The translations under genes were made by a program, and so were the position numbers. This document shows, one piece after another, positions 39,043 through 50,300 of a DNA stretch of 64,000 bases. The stretch comes from Gordius albopunctatus (lineage: Eukaryota), in the NCBI GenBank assembly GCA_964276515.1, contig OZ193909.1, positions 18,600,001-18,664,000 on the forward strand, in the 5' to 3' direction. Each line of letters starts with the position of its first letter. Position 1 is the stretch's first letter. Below the pieces are notes generated by a model. That model was not told where the DNA came from, made no database searches, and saw only the letters and a program-made list of their open reading frames with translations.

Positions 39043-39168
39043 CCTTTGATGCGTTTTCACTTCCCTTCTATCTCGCTCGCACTCTTTTGAAAGCCAGCCG
39101 CGTGCCTGATTCAAAGGCAACTTCAAAGGACCGCACTACCGACCCACATCAAAGGCGGGTGGCGCGGC
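39043..39168. promoter_or_regulatory. cluster of TCF/LEF HMG sites with Helper-like motifs (candidate Wnt response element)
   Basis: CCTTTGATG 39043-39051, TTCAAAGG 39110-39117, CTTCAAAGG 39121-39129, CATCAAAGG 39147-39155. RCCG/CGGY motifs at 39097 (GCCGC), 39130 (ACCGC), 39138 (ACCG) and 39161-39168. Confidence 0.65.
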
Positions 39169-39199
39169 CCACTTGGTTTATTAAGAAGGCTTGAGGGGG

Positions 39200-40182
39200 G
39201 TGGGATAATCTTTTAGGGTAAGCAGAAAGAGGGAGATAGAGAGAAAATATTTATTATTATTTTTTAGCTACACACATAAATTTTGGCCAGAAAGCTATAT
39301 GATGTAGTCGAGAGGGTTAGAGAAAACGAGTGAGATGTGCGGGCCGGCCTTGTTTACACCATACATACATATATAAATTTAATATGATAGCCGCAATTTA
39401 GCTAGCTTGCTGCCACCAACAAACTGCCCGCGATTTTAAGAGAGCGAGAGCACATACGCCATAGTTTTTTTCCCCTATAAAACAGTTTTCGGGCAAAACA
39501 CCGTATTTACGACTTGCACCCTCGGCGCTCCTCTGTAAAATGCAAAATTATCGGTTCTTCCAAAAGCGCCTTTATATTTCCTATTAAATTTAGTAGGGGA
39601 AGAAGGCTATTATTTATTATTATCTCTGAATAAAAGGAACCGCGCCCGGGCTTCATGCGGGGCCGGAGAAAATTAAGGCAAATGAAATTCGGACTATTTT
39701 TTACAGCGGTTGTTTATAACCTAATTTAGTCGATTAATTTAATATTTATACCCAAAGGAATGTCTTTAATTGGGGTAATTATGACCCCATCCTTCCCACA
39801 TTATGGTTGAAGACCGAAATTCTAAAAGACCACACTTAGTATCATGGTTCCAGCTTGCCCCCCCCTCGCTTCGCTATGAAATATTTATTATTTGATGGAA
39901 AGTGAAATTTTCTCTTTCAATCTCTCGTCCTTTGTATAAAATACGTTACCGCGCGTCAACAAAGACATAAAACACATAAAAAGAAAAGGCTCATTTTTCT
40001 CTTATTCCATTTCAAAAAATATATTTTCCCCTCCGTTTGAATAATTTTACTGCCAGTGGAGCAAAAAAATAATTTATCACCTAGGAAATCAAGTCCAATT
40101 TATAGAGGGAGAGACGTTCAATGAAAAAATGCCCGCGCTGAGCTCCTTAAATTCGTCTTGAAACCGACACTTGACATATTAG
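39200..40182 (+). promoter_or_regulatory. probable promoter and non-coding first exon of the Frizzled-like gene
   Basis: Locally GC-richer and free of recognisable TEs, with GAGA-rich tracts (~39228-39450), TATAAAA at 39476-39482 and ~39935, and a strong donor AG|GTAAAT at 40182/40183. The Frizzled ATG at 42550 directly follows an acceptor-like ttatcag. Confidence 0.4.
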
Positions 40183-42549
40183 GTAAATTTCTTCAAAGTT
40201 TTCATTTTCTCCTTTCATTTTTTATGTGTAATAAAAAGTATACTATTTGAAAATATATATTAAATTGTCCTTTAATTTAATAATATATTATTGTACAACC
40301 GTGAAAAGTAAATAAACATGGGAAAAAAAAATTAAATTTTAATTACACCTGGCGTGTATTATGTAATATTGTGTAATTTTGTTTTAGAGTTGTCCATATT
40401 AACTTAATATGATTAATGACATCGCGAACGCGATACTGCTTGTTAACAAGTTGTGGTTTATCTACACGTTATAAATTAGGATTTATATGCGATTCCTTAA
40501 CATTTTTATTTGCTTAATTAGGTTTTAAGCGTTATTTAAAATGAGTAATTTATTTAAATTCATTAAATCGTATAGGTATTGATAAAATTATGCAAAGTAA
40601 CACTTTCAATTTTGGGATTATATTGAAAATTCTGCGAAAGCCATCAGGCTAAATTATTTCTATATTTCATCATTATGTTTTAATATTATTTGTTGGGAAG
40701 TATACTCAAATTGTTTTTAAAAGGACTCTTATATTTCGCTTTAGTTTAAATAAAATTATTATTAGAAGTTAATATATGACATTCTATCTCTATTAGGAAT
40801 GTTCTCGACCCGAAACTATTCATAGCAGTTTAAAATTCTTGTTAACTACAAAAATTAGCATTTTTAATTATAGCTTTTATGACAGAACGTCGGGGAATAA
40901 TAAAACTAAATCATCCATAATTATTATTATAGATTATATCATTAGAAAACAAATGCAAATTGGGTAGGAAATATTTCATTTTTTTTATTATTTCTTAAAG
41001 CATAACATGGAAATTTGAAAACTACTATACTAACGACAAGCTACATATAAATAATATGTAAAGTATAATTTGAAAATTTTATATAAAATTCTTCATAACT
41101 TATATTCGATTTTAAATAATCCTAAGCTGTTAAAAATCATTGAATTTACGGAATTTAGCACAGGAACCCCAATTTTCTACCATAATTCATCATCATAAAT
41201 TATTCCCATATTAATAATGGCTAGCCATGCGTAAAAAAGAGGCCTACAAATTTTTCATATCGGCATTTTCCTTTGATATATTAGTAATAATAATAATAAC
41301 CGTCGCTAAAATAAAAAAAAATTTGGGCTTGAAATTCCCCTAAAAGCAGCATGAAAGTCAAAAGAGGAATTTGAAATATAGAAATTGTAAAATAGTGTGC
41401 ATGAGAAATAATGTACGGATGGGGTTAAAAAGGCTATAAAACTTTTATTTTCCAAAATCAGGAATTATTTATGGCCTTTACTCCCGTAATATATTTCAAC
41501 TTTAAAGGCTCCCTTAGCTCTAGGCCCAGTGTGTTTAATATGCTTAATGGTTATTGTGCTCATTTTATGACTCCCTTTTTATTGCTTATTTCTACTTTTT
41601 TCGTTTTGTTTCGTTCCCATGTGCAAAGAGAAAGGGACTTTTTAACAATAAAAAAAAGAGTAAATTGCCTCCATAAATCAGTCCACCCACTCCACATAGA
41701 TTTGGGAGAGATTGTGGTTACCCGACTTTGTTGCTAAGCACAAAACGTGCACACGTGTAAATCAAAGGGAAAAAATAACCGGGTTTGAAATTTGCCCCAT
41801 TTAAATTTAATTTAATTATTCCGAAAGACATCTCATAAATTCTTCCTATAGGTCTTATATAAGTAACTGCATTTTTTTTTAAATTTACAAATATGTTAAC
41901 TGATTTAGTCTTAGAAAGCATAATTTATTTGCTTTTCTCTTTTAAATCCCGAAAGATTATTTTAAATTTCATATAAAAATGTACATATTTTGTGCAGGTG
42001 ATTTTTTTAAATTTAGATTATAAAATAGCATGAGATTTTCTAATAAGGAATCGGGGTCAACTATGGAGTTGAGATTCATGAATATAATTTTGTGTTTGCA
42101 ATTTGTAAATATATATTTATTTATTTTATTTTTTATCAACTTACTCAAATATAAAGGGATGGACATAGCCAGCATATTAGAGGGGGCAAAAATGATTTAA
42201 GGAGGAGCCCAATGATAATTTTTGGAAATTTTAACATAGTTTTAATAAATTTAAAAAAATACGCCCACGTATAAAGGCACTAACTAACTATAACAAACTT
42301 TTTCGATTGCATATTATCATGAATTTGATGGAATTGATATTGGACAGGTCTAAATTAAAAATTTCAAATTTTATACAGGTGTCATATTAACGGTCGAATT
42401 AAATATTTAACACCTTACTGCTTAACATAATTTATGTTCAATCCTTATAATATACATAATTTTCATATTTTTTATGATATATTATTACAAAAATAATTTG
42501 TTGTTCAAATTAAACTTTTCTTATTTTCTCCAAAATATAATCTTATCAG

Positions 42550-45500
42550 ATGGACAAATTATTTTCCGAACTCCTTTTGGCCATTTTGTTGTCACAGTGG
42601 CCATGGTTCATCGTATCCCGATGTCAAGATGTTACATCTAATTTAAAAATTGCCCCCAATCTCGACTTAGAATATTCGACGAGGCTCGAAAATAAATCAC
42701 TTGATGACCGACACGTGACCGATCGGCGGCTGGACAGAAAGAAGAGTGTCAAACTTTACGAAAATGTCCAGGATTTATGGATAGCTCAAAATAACTCTTC
42801 CCTCACCGCACTAGTCCCAAAACTCAAGCCAAAACTTTCGAACTCGTCTATAAAGCTAAAAAATTCCCAGGTAAATAAAATTTTTTTATTTCATGTTCTC
42901 TTTTTGGAAAAAATATTAAATACATTTTTTGTCTCACGGCAACGACCACTCTTACAACCTTTGGTCCGTCCAACCTTTGAAAATTATTAAATAACTGGGG
43001 AAACAAATTTCTTTGCTAACCCATGATAATCGCGATTTTTTTTAAAAGAGAGAAAATCTGCGTTATACTATTTTTAAATATGAATCAATAGCAATATCGG
43101 AATGTTTTCCAAATATTTGTTATACTTAACTTTTTTATTTATTTCATTCATCTTTACAAAATATGTAATTTACCTTAATAAATTAAATTAAAACATATAT
43201 AAAGGATTTTATAAAAAAAAATTTAAAAACCTTTAGTGTAATTAAATACAAATTATTACCAATATATAAATAGATTTAAATTTTTCCAAAACTATTTTTA
43301 AATATTTAATATAATTAATTTTTTGTGTTTTTCTTAATTTTGGACAGAAAAAATTAATCGCGAATCACACTTACGCCTGGTTGAAAACTTTGTTTTCCGT
43401 CATGCCGCATCGCTCGAAAAACAAAGCACCGCCTATTGGTCACATGATGACCGATCATCAGGTGACCAGGGGCTTTAGAAAAAAATGGGCAAATGGATCT
43501 AAGGTTTTGGTTACAAAATTTGAAGGTGAAAAGACTTAAAATTTCACAAAAAATTTCGATTTATTTTTTAAAATATGTTTGAAACATTATTTTTTTATAA
43601 AGGATATGTCCATTTTTTTATAACAGTCTTAGCCTATTTACATAATTCAATAAGTAATACAAAAGTTACGAGATTAATTTCTATATTAAAATAAATCAAA
43701 AAATTTTGACCCCTTAAATTAATGAAAATTATATAACTTAATTAAAAAATTTGCAAATAAAATTTTAAAGCGATTCTTTTAACAGATTTAATTTAAGCTT
43801 TGTTAAGAGTTTTTTGCGTAGATAGTTTTAGGATTAGAGGAGGAGAAGCAAATTGTTTATTTAAGATTAACCATAATTTATAATATATCTCATGTCTTTA
43901 ACTATCTCCAACCTAGTCCCATAACACACACAACCTAAGTTACTACTAGCAATTATCTACCCTAACCGTTCAATTCCAATTTCTTACTTTTTATATTTAT
44001 TTACACCGTCTTTGAATGTAATTAATTCTATTTTTCTTACATACATTTGAAGAATCAACGCGCTCGACAAAATTAAAAACGACATCCCCACCAGCACCGC
44101 AACTTATCAAAGTGCAATCTTCACATCCCTTCCATCACAATACTCCTCCGCCCGATCCATTATTCCCACATTTGATTGAAATTCCCGATGATTCAGAATC
44201 CTTCCCCAAACAAGAAAAAGGTCCATTTCCTATTGAATCACCTCATTCGTCCTCCTCTTCGTACTACGAAACCTGGATGATTATCATAGCTAGTGCCTGC
44301 TTTGCCACCACCTTGATAACGCTTTGCACGTACTGGCTCGAACCCGGGCGTTTTAAATACCCTCAAAAACCGATTATTTACTATGCCACCTGTTATTGGA
44401 TCCTCTCGACTGTCTATCTCATACATCACCTACCCACGTCAAAAGTAAATTCCGCCGGCCTCGGCCCGCCCCTTCCTCCAGAGTGTAGAGAATCACGTGG
44501 GGTGACGGCGGCGGATGAATACGCTTGGACTGGCAGGTCGGCGGCCATCTTCGTTTTATACTTATATTTCGAAGTAGCCGCTTCGCTTTGGTGGGTAACG
44601 CTGGCGCTATGCTGGTACCTAAGTGCGGGTCGTAAATGGAGCAGGGAGGCGGTACGTCAGCTGACCACTTGGTATCACGTGGTCTGTTGGACCGCTCCCG
44701 CACTCTTGACCATAGCGGTCTTAGTATCCAATACTAAACCTAATAGCCCCGGGCACCCAAACTTGAAGATTAACCCGGTTCGAGCTTATTTCATACTGAT
44801 CGGACCCCTCATTTTAACGCTGACCTGCGGTTCTCTCCTTGTGTTAGCCGGTCTACTTTCCCTCAAAGCCATTAAAAAAGCTATGAAAAGTTGTCATACC
44901 AGCATTACTAATTTAGAACGACTCACCTTCAGAATATCATTGTTCGGGCTGCTTTATGTTTCTTTCAAACTCGCCCTCCTAGCTTGTTTCGCTTTGAAAG
45001 TACCTCAGCACCATTACTCTAATGCTATCGCGGATCGACAATCTCAATCAATACTCAATTTGGGTATGGGGTCTTCTGGACCCCCCCAACCCCTGGATAA
45101 GATCATAACGTTATTACCACCCTCCCTAGGTCTAATACTTTTTTTCTCCCTATCTTCCGGTATTTTTACCGGTATATGGATTTTCAACGCCAAAACCCTC
45201 GAGGCCTGGTCCAATTTTTTTGCTTTAGCTCGAGTTATGGTCAAAGATTTTCTGTCCCTAGCCCTTAACAAAAAGAATGACAACTTCGTTACTACTGGCA
45301 ATTGTAGCACGATGTACTGCAAGGTTAAAAGTCAAAAATATCAGCCTTGTTCTTGCAGTGGGTGTTGTGTCGAAGGAAATATTGCCCATTCGGCGGGTAT
45401 GTTAACTCCTAGGTTATTGGATAACGAAATCCCATTAATGCCGACGACTAATTCTTTTAGAACTATCCCTGCCCGGTCCTCTTGTCGTCAGCACTCAGTT

Positions 45501-45566
45501 TTTTCACGTCAATCATTCCCCACCCAATCGGTATTACCTAGGGTGCATACGAAATGTTACGGATAA
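42550..45566 (+). CDS. divergent Frizzled-family 7TM receptor lacking the cysteine-rich domain, ~670 aa
   Basis: Predicted exons 42550-42870, 43348-43525, 44053-45566 (2013 nt, GT-AG, in frame; the exon-2 donor was chosen by phase). Signal peptide-like N-terminus and class-F motifs RFKYPQKPII, YFEVAASLWWVTL..WYLSAGRKWSREAV, YHVVCWTAP, LERLTFRISLFGLLY, GIWIFNAKTLEAW. Confidence 0.88.
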
Positions 45567-46335
45567 TAGCATAGCATAGCCCCCTTAGCACTTATGCATA
45601 ATGGTTGTAATCATTCTGGTGACGATCTTCGCGAAGTTTTCAGAAATAGGACAAACACATGAATGAGAAGTTCACTTTTTAGCCTTAATGTAAAATTTTG
45701 TCCGGTGATTTCTACTGATTTACCTCAAAACTTAAACTTAATTTTTCCCTGTTCTTTTTCAATGAAAAAGACCTCGTTTTTCGTAATGTCAATTTTTTGT
45801 TCTAATTGATATTTTAATATATATAACATATATTTAGTTAATTATTTTAACATTTTTGTATAAATTTAATACTATCATCATACGTTTGTGTATCAAACGA
45901 AATAATTGACCATCCAATTTTATATGCTTTATAATATATGAACACTATATTAATTATTACTACTGTAATTATTTATATTTCTATCGTTTAGACCTGTGAT
46001 GATCATTCAATAAATATATGTCTAGTGACTTTTTACAAGTTTGATACATTCATTTTGCAAAATATAATGTTAATTTGACGGTTAAGTAAATCGATTTCTA
46101 CCTAGTTCATTTTGCGGGATCTTTTTTTAATATTGGTTAGAGTAGGAAAAATATTTAATGTTTATCAACGTTCCGTTTAGGTGTATATTTATAAGGATTA
46201 AATATATGTAATGCACTTATAGTATAATCATGGTAATCCAAAAGTGTTTAAAATTTGCAAAATAATCCTTTTCCTCTGGTATAAAAATTTAATTAATGTG
46301 CTAAACTTTTCACCCAAATATTTGATCATCTCTAC

Positions 46336-47321
46336 CAGAGATCTGCACGGGCAGGCTCGGACAGCGCACGGGCCTTAAAGCCGGGCCCGCGAGAGGGTAC
46401 GGACATGCAAAAAAACTTAACAGGCCGGGTTCGGGCGGGCCAAAAAAAGGATTATAACAAGCTTAAACGGGTCTAAAATTCTGATATGAATCCTTGGTAA
46501 TTAAAAAATTATAAGACAAATTATAATAAGATGGCCTTAATTCGTATATGAAGGTGTAAGTGATAATTATTTAATTATTGAACTCATTTAGGGAAGATTC
46601 TTGCATTTAATTTGCTAATATTGATTTTATATAATATATGACTACACTTTTACATTACTTATTAAAATTGCTTCTCTATTAAAAACTAATTAATTAAAGT
46701 TTAAGACATTTTTCAATGCAATTATGCAAATAAAATGATAACTAACTAATATAGGTATTTACAGGTTTATTGCATCTTAATGGACTTTTGGCAATTTCCA
46801 GAAATTAAGATTACACTTAGGAATGACTCTAGACGCAACTCATTTACATAAAGATCTTTAACTCTGAATATTCATTCGAATTTTTGAATGATAACCTTCG
46901 AAAAGTCTTTTCAACCCCAATGCTTTATAAAAAAATCAGGGTTTAATGTTAAAAATGGGATGTTGAACAAATACAACACTCGGGGTCACTAATGTAATAA
47001 AGAAGTTTTTTAAAATAATATCTTAACAGATCAGGGTGTGGCTTATAGTCAACCCTTTAAAATATCCACACACATTCAATTGCTCGAGATATTTTTTTAT
47101 TAAAATATTTGTAAAGTAGCAATAAAGTAGCTTGAATGTTAGATTTATTAGTGCGAGACGGGCCTGAATAGTATGAAAAAAAAATTACAGGCCTGCCCTG
47201 CCGCTCCTGAAAGTTTCCACCGAAGTGCCCACAAAAAAGTAACGGGTGGGCTCGGACTGGCCTTAAATTTGAAACGGGTACGAGAGGCTGACTTCCTAAA
47301 AAGGGCCGTTGCCGATTCCTA
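46336..47321. mobile_element. hAT-like non-autonomous element
   Basis: Perfect 8-bp TSD atctctac (46328-46335, 47322-47329), imperfect TIR cagagatctgcac / gttgccgattccta, GC-rich gggcc subterminal repeats. Confidence 0.75.
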
Positions 47322-50300
47322 ATCTCTACCCTATAAAGCCATTTAAAACAATAAGCCATAACTCTTTTTTCATTTTAAAATACTTTCATCAGTTAAAAAG
47401 AATATATGTGTAAGTTATACAAAACCAAGTAAAAAAATTTTTTAAAAAGGCAAAGATTTACTAGCGTGAAAATAGATATTGATAGTATCAATTGCTATAT
47501 TCTTAAACTCTCCCCTAGGAAAAACTGCTATTGACTTTGATTAAAATTTTTAAGGATCTGCCGGCGTTGCCCAATTTCCAAAGATTCCTCTAATTTTTGC
47601 TTAAACTAAAAAGTGGCACCCTAATCGCTAAATATAATTTCAAATTCCTGGCCGATAGCTGGCCGCTTTACACGGATGATACACACTCACTTTTTTTCTG
47701 TATCTTGTTTTTATAATGTTTATAACTTCAAATAAAGATTATTTTAAAAAAAATTCTATTATAAGACATAAAGAAGAGCTAATTAAACTCCTCTAATAAC
47801 CAAACTAACAATAATGGTATAAACTACCAACAAAATATACTCGATTTTTTACCTCCCCCACTCCCCTACGAAAATCGCATGGCAAATTCTAAACTCTATA
47901 CAAATTATAGACGCACAAACCTGACAACTTAAGAATAAGTTTATTATTTTTATATTTCTCTAAAAGTAGATCGAAAGATTGTATTACAATATATGTATTA
48001 ACCCATCAAATTACACCTCTTAACGGGCTGAAATATTTCATGGGGTATATTGGGCCATATCAAACCCACCAAGATTAGTACATTAAAAATTCTTAATTTA
48101 GCGCACACATTTATCTTTATTAGGGGTTAAATAGATTTTGCTTTTTCATTATTTTTTGATGTGTTCAAAGAGCTACGAAGGGGGTCCACGTTTCCCATCA
48201 TGCAAACTCTAGAAGACTGTTTGGTGGTTGTGGTGTTGTGGGTTCACGACGACACGCATTTTATTATTCGCTTAATTATATGATAATTTATCATAATGGC
48301 TCCTCACAGCTACCTCTCGCGCGGTTCGCTTTGAACTTCGCTACGGCGTAAATGAATCATACAAAAAAGCTATAAGCCGCAAAAGAAATGACAATATTTT
48401 GGGGTTGCTTGGCTGGAAAGAAAAAGAGGACTTAGCGGGGGTAAACAAAAATGAAATAATTATGATAAATTATCTTAATATACCATCTCATCACCCCCCC
48501 TTTCCTTGTCTTGAACTGATTCCAACCCAACATTATCTATCACGAACTAACCCGACGATAGCTAAATAGATTGTTGGAACAAAGTGAGATGGATGGTTTT
48601 TTGTATAGCATGGAACGAGAAATATATTAAGTATATCATAGTAGTAACACTTATGTATTTCATGCCGATAGATAGTTTATTTTTTTAAAGTTATTTATGT
48701 AAATGCAACATAAGTCGTTCTCGTAAGACTATATTTTTAAGAGGAAGTTGGCAGTACATCTATAATCCAAGTTAAAGGATGATTTTGGAAATTTTATTTA
48801 AATGGCGGATAGTTTAATAATAAAAATATTTTTTTAATGTAGATAAGCTTATAATGTTGATGTATCTTTAATTGATTATTTTAATATTTGAAACTTTTGG
48901 TATTTTCAATAGTAATTTAACACCGAAATTTCAATAATATTAGCATTTATAAGAATGCTTTAATGTTTCCCTTAATCTTTTACGTTATGTTTATACCACT
49001 ATCTGCAATGATTTCCAGAAGTCGGATTATAAACAAACAACGAAAGCAGGATTAAAAATAATTTATTAAAAATGGGGATAAAAAGGATTTTGATAAAAAA
49101 TGGCTCTTTTTACTAACTTTAACTCTTACGTGAAAAAATGTAATTAAAATTCATATTTTAATTACATGGTATGGAATTAACTAAAAAACTTTTGGAAGGA
49201 TTAATGCGAAGTTTAGATAGCCAAAGGATTTCTTTATAGCCTTTTTTGACAATTTATTTTAATTAAAATATAAAATTAATAAATTATTGAATCAAAGTAT
49301 TGCCTTATCGCTTTGAAAAATATTCAGCTATTTTCATCGAGAAATTTATGAAAAATCTTATAATTATTTTTGACTTTTACAATAAAATTATCTTTAATGA
49401 TCTGTAAATATTTACCCTATAATTTCGCTCGAGTATTTTAAAATTTAATCAAAAATGTTATTTTTAACACCATATATAAATTTCCATCTTTATAATTAAA
49501 TAAAAATTAATGGAAAATACATTTTATAACTATATATAATTGCTTAGTTCGTAATTTTAAGTTTGATTTGCTTTCGCAAATGTATTTGTTTTTAGACGAG
49601 TCGATGAGATAGAATGTAATTATACGCATTAATTTTCTAATTCTTCTACCTGCCCCGTTAGCAATGAGAGTCAATTAATAATTTATAAGAAGGGAAAAAG
49701 CTTTAAAATTTGTGTTGATGTCAATTGCTGTAAAGCACTCACGAAACTCTATCTTATCTAGTTTTATCCTCTAAAAATATATTTAATTAATTAAATTGCG
49801 AAAAGATAAACTCAATTACAAAATTAAATTTGAGAAATTAATAATATGTGATATTTAATATTTTTTCCTCAATAGCTTTTGTATTTTATACTAGTAAATG
49901 TGGTCTAAATTTTAAATTACAGTGTTTCCCACAAGTTTAATACCATTAAAGATAAAGAGTTAACTTGTTTAAAGAATCAAAAAACTTTTATGCATTTTAG
50001 AGACTGGTTAATTTTATTTTTTGGGGTGAGTTCGCTGGTGCAATCCTGTTTTATAAAGATTTGAATTAAGTATTGGCTATTTTGAGTAAATTTGATATAT
50101 TTGAAAGATATATTTATTAAGAGCTTGGTTGAAGCCTTAACAAAAAATTAATTCCCTATTTTAATACCTTAAATAAAGATTGGCATTGAAAACATTAGTA
50201 TACTATCGATGTATCTATCATTTTTAATAAAAATGTCATTAACTAACTAAACGTTTGAAATTTTACAAATAACTTAATAATTAATAAATGGTTAACAGAT

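Noticed and set aside
38753..39194. Overlapping 88-, 121- and 62-aa ORFs upstream of Frizzled as a possible CRD exon
   Set aside because: Low complexity, no CRD cysteine spacing, and upstream of the signal-peptide exon; better explained as GC-richer regulatory DNA.
42871..42990. 3' part of the 146-aa ORF 42550-42990
   Set aside because: Read-through past a strong CAG|GTAAAT donor into AT-rich intron.
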